Positions 1-9,000 of a stretch of DNA of 64,000 bases are shown piece after piece. The notes below the pieces were generated by a model that was not told where the DNA came from, did not search any database, and was given only the letters and a program-made list of their open reading frames with translations. The DNA is from an uncultured delta proteobacterium (GTDB taxonomy: Bacteria; Myxococcota; Myxococcia; Myxococcales; Anaeromyxobacteraceae). The position numbers and the translations under genes were made by a program. The stretch spans positions 352,001-416,000 of the forward strand of contig CAWFDF010000014.1 in NCBI GenBank assembly GCA_963814585.1. The letters are read 5' to 3'. How positions within the stretch are numbered: position 1 is the first letter of the stretch; the number at the start of each line of letters is the position of its first letter.

Positions 1-3000
1 ATGCGGACGGCCAGTCCGGTGAGGGCGGTCGGAGCCGCCGGCACGCGGAAGTTCACGGTGGCCGTGTTGGACTGTGCCGAGGGGCCGTTGGCGTTGAGCG
101 CGGTCACGTAGTAGGCGTACGTGTTCCCGACGGTGACGCCGTTGCTGCTGAGCGTGACGTTTCCGCCCGTGGCAGCGCCCTGCGCGGCCGACCTGTTGAC
201 GGTGGCGATCTGGGCTGAACGCCCCGCCGTTGGTCGAGCGCCACACGGCGAAGGCGGTCTCGTTGTTCGAGGCATCCGTCCAGGCGAGGTTGATCCGGGT
301 GGTGCTGGCGATGGTGGCCACCAGGTTGGTGGGCGGCATCGGGACCGGCAGCTGGCCGACGGACACGATGTTGGACCCCGACTCACCGGCGGCGTTGAAC
401 GCGACCACCTGGTACTTGTAGAAGCGGTTGGTGACCGCGGTGGCGTCGGTGAAGGTGATCTGGTTGGCCAGGGCCTGGCCGATCACGACGAACGGCCCGG
501 CGTTGTCGGAGCGCAGGATGCGGAAGCCGACCTCGTTGTAGGCGCTGCCGAAGTTGGCCGGGGCGTTCGGATCGACGACCGGGGTGGTGTCGTTCCAGTT
601 CAGGACCGCCGGCGTCACCAGGAGTCCGCCGGCGTCGACGGCCAGCGGCTCCAGGACGGGAGGCGCGATGAGGGCCGGCGGAGGGGCCGGGAAGACCACC
701 ACCGCGCGCATCATGTCCATCTCCTCGTGGCTGAGGATGTGGCAGTGCCAGACGTATTCCCAGCCGAAGTCGGTGACCTGGTTGGTGGGCGCGGGAACCA
801 GCGCCTCGCCGGTCCAGGGGTCGATCCCGGTCAGCCCCATGGTGGAGCCGATGGGCGTCGCCGGGCTCATGGGCCGGCTGCTGTAGGGGATGCCGAACGG
901 GGTCTTCGGGGCCACGAAACGGAGGGCCACGATGGTGTCCTCGAGCGGGCTGATGCGGATGGTGTCCTTCCAGCCGAGCTCGTTGGCGTCCGGGAGGCGG
1001 ATGGCGCCGTCCCAGCCGACGCGGTTGAGGAGCTGGACCTCGAACAGGTGGAAGTGCACGGGGTGCGTGTCCACGCCGTTGTGGGTGATCTTCCAGACCT
1101 GCGCGTCGTTCATGTCGGTCAGCGGGCTGGCCAGCAGCGTGGCGCTGATGACCTCCGTCGGCGCATCCGTGTAGGTCTGCGTGACGAAGTTCTGGTTCTG
1201 GGCGTTGGTGTTGCGGAGCTCGAGGCCAAGCCGGCTGCTCATGCGGCCGTAGTCCGGGTCGAACACCTCGCCCATCTCGTCCTGGATGGCCTTGGGCTCC
1301 ATGGGCTTGGCGTTGGGCACCTGCCCGTTCACCAGCGGCTCGCCGTTGTAGATCGGGTTCCTGGTGCCGTCGATGCCCTGGAAGGCGAGCGACGTGTCAC
1401 CGATGCGCGAGACGCCCCAGTACGGGAAGGCGAAGGGGAACTGGTCGACGCCCTTGGTCTTGCCGTAGGCCGTGTCGTAGGCGGAGAGCCCGGCGCCGCG
1501 GCCGGCGATGTCGCCCTGCGCCACGATGATGGGGTCCTGGGCGCGGGCGAAGGCGCCGTCGCTGGTGCCCGCGGTCGAGGCGAAGGCCGCCTGGAGGGAG
1601 GCCAGGGAGACGTTCCGGTTCGGGTCGACGGGATTGGCCGGGGCCGCCCTCACCACGATCTGCATGATGGTCCGCGTGTTGGGGCCGTAGCCGGCGATGG
1701 TCCCCTCGTGGCCGCCGGCGTCCCGGAGATCCGGGTTGCCGGTGTAGTAGTCGTACCGGTTGTCCAGGGCCGGGAATGCTGCCGGGGCGTCGTTGTAGAG
1801 GATGAGGGTCTTGCCGGCATAGGCCGAGAAGTCCACCACCACGTCGGCGCGCTCGGCCGGGGCAACCAGCAGGGCGTGGGCCGAGACGTTGCCGAAGTTG
1901 AAGGTGGTCGGGTTGGCGTTCCAGACCACCGGCTGGTTCGGCACCACCACCGGGGCCGGCAGGATGCCGCCCTCGGAGGCGAACTGGATGAAGTCCGGGC
2001 CCATGGTGGCCGGGTCGGGGACGCCGCCCTCGCGGCCGTCCACCGGCCAGGTCGGGTAGGCGACGGTGTCGAAGGCGCCGGCCGCGGCCGGGAGCATCTT
2101 CACCTCGGTGCAGTCGGCGGCGGGCACGCCGGTCGTGCCGTCACAGAGCACGGCGCCGGTGGTGCCGGCGGCGGTCGGCGACTTCTTGTCGGCGGCGACG
2201 TAGAGCTGGAGGTTCCAGAACCGGTCGTTGGCGGCGTTGAGGATGCGGAAGCGGACCGCCTTGGGATCCACGGTGACCGACGGATAGGCGGTGCCGTTCA
2301 CCATGGCCACGTCGAAGAAGGACTCGCCGGGCGTCGACGGGTTGGGCACGCCGGGCATCTCGGGCGGCTGCCACGGCTGGTAGTTCGGATCGGTCGAGAT
2401 CGGCGAGTAGTACGGGTTGGTGACCGGCGGCTGGGCGATGCCGGTCGTCGGCGGCCAGAACCACGGCCCGTAGTGCCAGCGGCCGTACGGGTTGGCGCCC
2501 GACAGGTCGTAGGGGTTCTGGGCCGGGACGTAGATGTGCGGGTACCAGAGGTCGCCGGTCTTCGGGGCCGGGACGGCCACGGCAGGACCGGTCCCGTCGG
2601 GATCGGCGGGGATGCCGGTGCCCCAGCGCCAGGTCGGATCGCTGGAGAGGACCGAGGCCGCGTCGACGAAGGTCTTGTCCTGGATGATGAGCGGGATGGT
2701 GTCGGCCGGGGCCGGCAGGACCTTCTTCACGTCGACCAGGTCGGCCTCGACGGCGTCGGTGATGACGTAGCCGGCGGCCTCGCCGGCGTAGACGTTGAGC
2801 CGGGTGATGCCGTACGCGTGGTCGTGGTAGAACATCAGGCGCGCGCTCTGCTGGTTGGTCCAGTAGAAGGTCTGCGAGCCGTCACCCTGGGCGGGCATGT
2901 CGGGGACGTCGAAGACGCTGAGGCCCTTCTTGAACGGCGTCGGCTCGCCGGCCGGCGTGATCCACTGGTGGGGCGTGCCGTCGCTGATCCACGGGGTGTG

Positions 3001-4272
3001 GCCGCCGTGGAGGTGCAGGGTGGCGCGGTTGTGCGTGTACTTGGCGCAGGTGTTGAGCGCGACGGTGTTGTCGCAGGGCGCTCCGCCGAGCGTGAGCGGG
3101 CCGGTGCCGGCCCCCATGACCGACTCGTCGACGGGGAGCCAGAGGTCGCCGGCGGCGCCATTGGGCAGCTTGTTGGTGAACTTGATCCGGACCGGACGGT
3201 CCTTCTGCGCGACGATGACCGGGCCCAGGTAGTGGAACTTGTTCACCGTGGTGTCGGTGGTGTTGGTCTGCCGGTACCCGCGCAGCCTGGTGGGCGGCAG
3301 GTCGCTGTGCATCTTCTCCTCGTACTCGCCCAGCTCGAGCTCGTAGTAGTCGCTGCCCGGGAACGAGGTGAGGTCCGGGATGGCGACCGGGATGTACTGG
3401 CCCAGGTTGTTGATGCCCGCCGCGGTCAGGCCAGGCAGGCCGTCGACGAACTTCTTCATGCCACCGACCAGGGTGGAGGTGGAGCCGGTGACGACGTCGA
3501 CCGAGGCGCCGAAGGCGTAGGTCCGGTCGGTCGAGTAGAGGGGGAAGCCGGGCGTCGTCCCGAACGTGATGGCGTCGTTCAGGATGGGCGCGGCCGGAGA
3601 CGGGTAGCTGAGGATGTCGGCGTTGGCGCCGCCGGTGGCGAGCGGAATGCCCTGGCCGTGGAACGCGATCACGTCGCCCGCGGTCACGGCGCACGGGGTG
3701 GTGACGGGATAGGTGGAGACCTGGCTCGCCGCGACCGTGGGCACGGTCTGCAGGCCGCCGTCGCAGACGACGGTGTAGGCGTTGGCCACGACCGGATCGG
3801 GCCGCAGCACGTACGGACGGAAGGTGTTGCCCGCCGACGGGAACGGGCTCGCGCCGTTCGCGACCTGGTTCCAGGTCCGGAAGGCGGTGAGCGCGCCCGC
3901 CGACGGGATCGCCGACCGGACGACGACGAAGACCGGCGCGTCCGCGCCGACCGCGACCGGGAAGTCGGTCGCGTACGCCTGGTCAGCCGAGGTCGCGTTG
4001 CCCACCGGCGTGGCGGTGATCACCGGGGTGACGACGGTCCTGGGCGACGGGCTGTTGGCCCAGTTGCCGACGCCGAGGTAGTCGACGATGGGGAGGCCGG
4101 TGTTGAGGTCGATGACGAGGCTCTGGGGCTGTCCGTAGACGTCCGTGTAGGGAATCCTCGGGGCCGTCGGGTCCCAGCTGTAGAGGTTGTTGGACTGCAC
4201 CTGGGCCGCGCCCATCAACGGGAGCGCGGCGACCAGCAGGGCCATCAGGGTGAGCAGGCCGCGGCGGATCAT
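1..4272 (-). CDS. Very large secreted multicopper oxidase (CotA/OmpB/MofA-like) with C-terminal fibronectin type III repeats; runs off the window start; +1 frameshift near 213-216
   Basis: Not in the ORF track because no stop occurs in the window. ATG at 4272 follows GAAGGAGG; N-terminus MIRRGLLTLMALLVAALP is Tat-like. All four Cu motifs are readable on the minus strand: TLHLHGG (~3001-3020), MFYHDH (~2817-2835), THPVHFH (~1047-1068), WHCHILSHEEMDMM (~710-750). FN3-like repeats include INLAWTDASNNETAFAVWRS and TYAYYVTALNANG. ORF 121..4839(+) is its antisense shadow. Confidence 0.88.
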   Translation of the reverse strand, partial: MIRRGLLTLMALLVAALPLMGAAQVQSNNLYSWDPTAPRIPYTDVYGQPQSLVIDLNTGLPIVDYLGVGNWANSPSPRTVVTPVITATPVGNATSADQAYATDFPVAVGADAPVFVVVRSAIPSAGALTAFRTWNQVANGASPFPSAGNTFRPYVLRPDPVVANAYTVVCDGGLQTVPTVAASQVSTYPVTTPCAVTAGDVIAFHGQGIPLATGGANADILSYPSPAAPILNDAITFGTTPGFPLYSTDRTYAFGASVDVVTGSTSTLVGGMKKFVDGLPGLTAAGINNLGQYIPVAIPDLTSFPGSDYYELELGEYEEKMHSDLPPTRLRGYRQTNTTDTTVNKFHYLGPVIVAQKDRPVRIKFTNKLPNGAAGDLWLPVDESVMGAGTGPLTLGGAPCDNTVALNTCAKYTHNRATLHLHGGHTPWISDGTPHQWITPAGEPTPFKKGLSVFDVPDMPAQGDGSQTFYWTNQQSARLMFYHDHAYGITRLNVYAGEAAGYVITDAVEADLVDVKKVLPAPADTIPLIIQDKTFVDAASVLSSDPTWRWGTGIPADPDGTGPAVAVPAPKTGDLWYPHIYVPAQNPYDLSGANPYGRWHYGPWFWPPTTGIAQPPVTNPYYSPISTDPNYQPWQPPEMPGVPNPSTPGESFFDVAMVNGTAYPSVTVDPKAVRFRILNAANDRFWNLQLYVAADKKSPTAAGTTGAVLCDGTTGVPAADCTEVKMLPAAAGAFDTVAYPTWPVDGREGGVPDPATMGPDFIQFASEGGILPAPVVVPNQPVVWNANPTTFNFGNVSAHALLVAPAERADVVVDFSAYAGKTLILYNDAPAAFPALDNRYDYYTGNPDLRDAGGHEGTIAGYGPNTRTIMQIVVRAAPANPVDPNRNVSLASLQAAFASTAGTSDGAFARAQDPIIVAQGDIAGRGAGLSAYDTAYGKTKGVDQFPFAFPYWGVSRIGDTSLAFQGIDGTRNPIYNGEPLVNGQVPNAKPMEPKAIQDEMGEVFDPDYGRMSSRLGLELRNTNAQNQNFVTQTYTDAPTEVISATLLASPLTDMNDAQVWKITHNGVDTHPVHFHLFEVQLLNRVGWDGAIRLPDANELGWKDTIRISPLEDTIVALRFVAPKTPFGIPYSSRPMSPATPIGSTMGLTGIDPWTGEALVPAPTNQVTDFGWEYVWHCHILSHEEMDMMRAVVVFPAPPPALIAPPVLEPLAVDAGGLLVTPAVLNWNDTTPVVDPNAPANFGSAYNEVGFRILRSDNAGPFVVIGQALANQITFTDATAVTNRFYKYQVVAFNAAGESGSNIVSVGQLPVPMPPTNLVATIASTTRINLAWTDASNNETAFAVWRSTNGGAFSPDRHRQQVGRAGRCHGRKRHAQQQRRHRREHVRLLRDRAQRQRPLGTVQHGHRELPRAGGSDRPHRTGRPH

Positions 4273-4514
4273 CGCCCACCTCCTTCGGACTTCTTCTCCG
4301 CCTTGGGGGCGTGGGCGTACTTGACGCCCGGGTTCTGCCGCTGCGCCTCGGCCATCTTGGCCTTGCGCGCCTCGGCGGATGCCTTGCGCTCGGCGGCGGT
4401 GATGCGGGTCCGCTGCTTGCGCTCCCTGACCTGGGCATCGGCTCCGACCGGGGCGGAGACGCCCAGGGCGAAGGCCAGCAGGACTGTCGAAACGGATGCC
4501 GTGCGCCACTTCAT
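4269..4514 (-). CDS. Small secreted basic/Ala-rich protein (81 aa), translationally coupled to the oxidase
   Basis: GAGGGGG precedes ATG 4514; signal peptide MKWRTASVSTVLLAFALGVSAPVGADA; its TGA overlaps the oxidase ATG (ATGA at 4269-4272). Confidence 0.6.
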   Translation of the reverse strand: MKWRTASVSTVLLAFALGVSAPVGADAQVRERKQRTRITAAERKASAEARKAKMAEAQRQNPGVKYAHAPKAEKKSEGGGR

Positions 4515-5015
4515 GATGTGCCCCCTCGAGCTTCGATTTGGTTGTTGCTGCTCTCGCCCTTCGGCAGCTGGCTGCGCGTGCGGCACGGACTCCGGTGCAC
4601 CCACCGTCAAGTCAGTTTCCCCACCCGCCCCCACGCCGACCGACGGCGTCCCCTCGTGTGCTTCGCGACAAGTCTTCGCTTGCTCCCCGTCAAGATGTCG
4701 CAAAGAAATGATACTTCCCGCGAGGTTCAACAACCCCACGATCGCGGGACATGAGGATCGGCCCGACTCATTGGGGGAACCAACCTGGGGTGCGCTGCTT
4801 CGCTCACTGAAGGAAACATCACGAAGACCATGTGGATAGTTGTCGCACCATCCGGGGGGGGGCTTGAGGCACCCTTCCTGCCCAGGTCCCTCGAACCGGG
4901 GACGGCCATCCCCGGAAGGGAAAAGACGCGGCCGAGGACTTGTCGTCGTCGGCCGCGTCTCGGGGATCCACAGCGAAGGTGGGGTGACCGCGATGCTCGA
5001 GCCCGGCCAGGCGAG

Positions 5016-5105
5016 CTACTTCGGCACCTCGATCTGCTTCAGGACCTCGATCTGCTTCAGGACCTCGATCTGCTTCAGGACCTCGAGCTACTTCAGCACC
5101 TCGAG
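5016..5105. repeat. Five tandem 18-bp units derived from the 3' end of the FKBP gene
   Basis: Units ctacttcggcacctcgat / ctgcttcaggacctcgat x2 / ctgcttcaggacctcgag / ctacttcagcacctcgag start at 5016, 5034, 5052, 5070 and 5088. Confidence 0.92.
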
Positions 5106-5759
5106 CAGCTCCACCTCGAAGTCGAGCATGGCGCCCGGCGGGATCTCGGCGCCAGCGCCACGATCGCCGTAGGCCAGCGCCGGCGGGCAGACCAGGCGGG
5201 CCTTGCCGCCGACCTTGAGCTTCTGGATCCCCTCGGTCCAGCAGGGGATGACGCCGTTGAGCGGGAAGGTGGCCGGGCCGCCGTGGCGCGACGAGGCGTC
5301 GAAGACCTTGCCGTCGACCAGCTTGCCCTCGTAGTTCACCTTCACCTTCGAGGTGGCGGCCGGCGCCTCCCCCGTCCCCTCCTTGATCGGGATGTAGACC
5401 AGCCCCGAGGCGGTCTTGACCGCGCCCGCCGTCGCCGCGGCCTTCTCCAGGTAACCCTCGCCCTTCTTGGCCAGGGCGGCGCCCTGGGCGGCCCGGCGCG
5501 CGGTGACCAGCTTCTGGATGGAGGCCTGCTGGTCCTCCAGCTTCACCACGGGCTTGCCGGCGGCGGCGTCGCGGATGCCGGCCAGCACCAGCTCCAGCTC
5601 GGCGGGCGCCAGGTTGAACGGCTGGAGGCTCTTCTGGACCGAGACGCCGATGGCGTAGACGGTCTTCTCGTCGTCGGTCCTGGGCGTGGCCCTGGCCGGC
5701 GCCTCGGCGAGGCCGGTGGTGGCGATGACGGTTGCGAAGACGGCGGCGGTGTATCTCAT
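5088..5759 (-). CDS. FKBP-type peptidyl-prolyl cis-trans isomerase (FkpA/Mip-like), exported
   Basis: Signal peptide, FKBP_N region (YAIGVSV), then VKVNYEGKLVDGKVFDAS, VIPCWTEGIQ, LAYGDRG, IPPGAMLDFEVELL. Confidence 0.93.
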   Translation of the reverse strand: MRYTAAVFATVIATTGLAEAPARATPRTDDEKTVYAIGVSVQKSLQPFNLAPAELELVLAGIRDAAAGKPVVKLEDQQASIQKLVTARRAAQGAALAKKGEGYLEKAAATAGAVKTASGLVYIPIKEGTGEAPAATSKVKVNYEGKLVDGKVFDASSRHGGPATFPLNGVIPCWTEGIQKLKVGGKARLVCPPALAYGDRGAGAEIPPGAMLDFEVELLEVLK

Positions 5760-6087
5760 GATGGAGGCATCCTTCTGTCGTGGCCAGGGGCGTGTGGTTG
5801 GGGAACGCATGGCCTCCTATCACTAGTCCCGGGGCATCGACCAGTCCCGCTTCCATCGACCGGCCTCCGTCAACCTCGGCAGGTGGTGGCGCGCCGGAGG
5901 CGCTCGCCCCACCCTCCCCCACAGCACGCGACACCGCCTGACGTGTGACCGTGTACCCGCCTGCAACGACTGAGGTTTTCTGGAGTTCGTGGTCGCCCTC
6001 GGGTATGGAACTGGACACCGACTTCCCGAGCCGCCCAGCGGCCCCGAGGCCCTCATGTCCCTCTCCTCTTGCTGCACTGTGCGTGGA

Positions 6088-9000
6088 ATGGCCCGGGCTG
6101 CCACCATGCTGGCCGCCCTGCTCTCGTCCCCGCCCGCGGGCGCGGCGGTCACGCTCCGTCACCAGCTCGACCTGCGCGGCGACTTCAGGCTCTTCGGCAA
6201 CACCCTGGCGCAGGATTGGGCCAGCGGCGTGGTGCCTCCGGCGGTCGGCTCGCTCTGCACCACCGGGGGAGGCGGCACCTGCGGCGGCAACACCACCGAC
6301 TCGGGCGCCGACGTCTTCTGGCGCGCCGACCCGGCCGCCGGCACGGCCGCCTGCAGCTCGACCATCACCGCGGCGGCGGCCCGCTCGGTCTCGATGCTCC
6401 AGCTTCCGGCCGGCGCGGTCGTGAAGTACGCGCGGCTCTACTGGTCCGGCTACGTCTCCAGCAACGCCTTCGATCCGACGGCCACCCTCACCACGCCGGA
6501 CGGCTCGGCACACCCGGTGGCCGCCGACGTCGGCTGGACCCTCGCCACGGCCGTCGACAACGGCCGCTGGTGGTACCAGTCCAGCGCCGAGGTCACGGCG
6601 CTGCTGCAGGCGCTCCCCGCCGCGCCCGGGGCTTACCTGGTCTCCGACGTCGACTCGATCCCGCTCGCTGGCGTCAACTCCGAGGTCGCCTTCACCGGCT
6701 GGTGGGCGGTGGTCTTCTACGAGGATCCGGCCGAGATCACGCTCCGCAACCTGACGCTCTTCGACGGCTTCGAGGGGGTCTCCAGCGGCGCGGCCGCCAC
6801 GGCGACGCTGGCCGGCTTCCGGGTCCCGGGCGGCGGCTTCGACGCCAAGCTGGGCGTGGTGGCCTGGGAGGGCGACTCGAACGTGACGGGAGACCAGCTC
6901 AAGTTCAAGGGCTACACCGCTCCGGACGCACCACCCGCCACGCTGGTCAACCTCACCGACGCGCTCAACCCGGCCACCAACTTCTTCAACCGATCGCGCA
7001 GCCAGCTGGGCGTGGCCGTGAGCGTGGCGGGCGACCTGCCGCAGACCACCGGCGCGGCCGCCTCCCTGTCGGGGATGGATCTCGACGTGGTGGACCTGAA
7101 GGCCAACGGCGCCATCGTGGCCGGCAACGACTCGGCCACCATCTCCGCCACCTCCAGCGGCGACGTCTACGTGCTGGGCGGCTTCGTCACCTCCGTCTCC
7201 ACGCTCAGGCCCGACTTCGCCGCGACGGTGAAGTCGGTCGCCAACGTCGACCGGACCGGCGCCACGCTGGCCGGGGACCGGCTCGAGTACACCGTCACCG
7301 CGCGCAACGCCGGCAACGACCCCTCGATCCAGACCGTGCTGGTGGACGCGCTGCCGCCGGGCGTGACGCTGGTGCCCGGGTCGATCCGGATCGCCAGCGG
7401 CGCCAACCCCGGAGGGAAGTCCGAGGCGGCCGGCGACGACCAGGCCGACTACGACGACGCCGCTCGCACCCTGACGGTGCGGCTCGGCGCCGGCGCCACC
7501 GCCTTCGTGGGCGGCAGCCTGGCCATCGGCGAGTCGACCGTGGTGGTCTTCCGCGTCACCGTCGACGCCGGCGCCGCCGGGACCATCGACAACCTGGCCT
7601 CGGTGACGGCGGCGGGCCAGAGCGGCGAGCCCAGCGCCGGCTTCCCGACGCAGCCGCCGTCCGGTGGCGGTGGCGCCACCAGCCAGGTGATCGACGCGTG
7701 CATCACCGACGCCTCGTGCGGCGGGGCCACGCCGGCCTGCGACGTGGCGCCGGCGCCCAACCTCTGCGTGGCCTGCACCGCCGACGCCCACTGCGGCGGC
7801 ACGACGCCGGTCTGCGATCTCGCCGGCCGCGCCTGCGTGGGTCGTACCGCGGTGCTGCCAGCGTCCCAGGAGAGGCCCGCCGCACCCGGCCTGGCCGTCC
7901 CCTTCGAGCTGGAGGTGCGGAGCGCCCTCACGGCGTCCGAGCGGTACGACCTCGACGTCCTCGACGGCGGCTGCGCCGCGGCCGTCGAGCTGCGCGACGG
8001 CGCCGGGCAGGTGCTGGCGGCTCGCGACGCCTCGGGGAGCTGGACCATGGCGGCCGGGAACGACACCGACGGCGACGGCCGGCCCGAGCTGGCGGCCCCC
8101 TCCCAGGGGACCGTCCCCTTCACGCTCCGGCTCTCGCAGGCGGCCGGCGCCGCCATGGGAGACCGCTGCCAGGCGCAGGTGGTGGCCACCGGGTTCACCA
8201 CCGGTGCGGCCGATCCGGCCCAGGTCGCCGTGCGCGCCGCCGCCGCCGTCACCTTCACGCCCGATCGGACCGGCCCGGACGCGCTGGCCGTGATCACCGG
8301 CGGCACGGTCGCCTTCGCCGGCGTGATCCGGAACAGCGGCGCCGCCGAGTCCGCCTTCTCGCTCGCCGCCACCGTCACCGCCACCCCCTCGGCCGGCACG
8401 CTGGCCGCCGCCCAGTTCTGGTCGGACCCGGACGGTGACGGCAGCCCGGCGGACGGCGCGCCCATCACCGTGACCGGGCCGGTGGCGCCGTTCGGCGGCG
8501 CCGTCCCCGTGGTGCTGGTGGTCCGGGCCAGCGCGGCCAGCGGCGCGCCGCTGGACAACGGCACGATGCTGGCCACGTCGGCCACCGCCACGGCCTCGGT
8601 CGGCGGCGCCGGCGCGACGCAGCTGGGCCAGGCCTGGGTGGGCTGGATCGCGCCGTCGTCGGAGGCGGCCTTCGCGACCACCAGCCAGGTCTTCGCCCCC
8701 TGCCAGACCGTCCACGTCCGGGCCCAGCGGCTGCCACTCGCCGACGGCTACGCGCTGGAGTGGTACGCGGGCGGCGCGCCGGTCCGAGGCACCGACCAGC
8801 CGCTCCGCGCCGTCGACCCCTGGCCGGTCACCGGAGGGAGCGCCACCGACGCCTACCCCCTTCCGGCCGGGGCGCCGGACGCCATCACCGTCCTCCTGGT
8901 GCAGCGGATCGGCGCCACCACCGCCGTGCTCGATGCCCTCCAGCTCGGCGTGGAGCGGGGCGGCGCCATCGCCGGGCTCGCCGCGCCGGCCCGCATCCCG

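Noticed and set aside
4555..4680. GEMM-I (c-di-GMP/cGAMP) riboswitch upstream of the oxidase operon
   Set aside because: Only CAGCCAGCTGCCGAA resembles the 3' end; the P2 stem with GNRA loop and receptor is not recognisable. An Rfam covariance search would settle it.
121..4839. 1572-aa plus-strand ORF, and other long ORFs such as 4819..11346(-), 17011..19635(+), 29514..33488(+) and 37971..40871(-)
   Set aside because: Antisense or off-frame shadows of real high-GC genes with no recognisable motifs.
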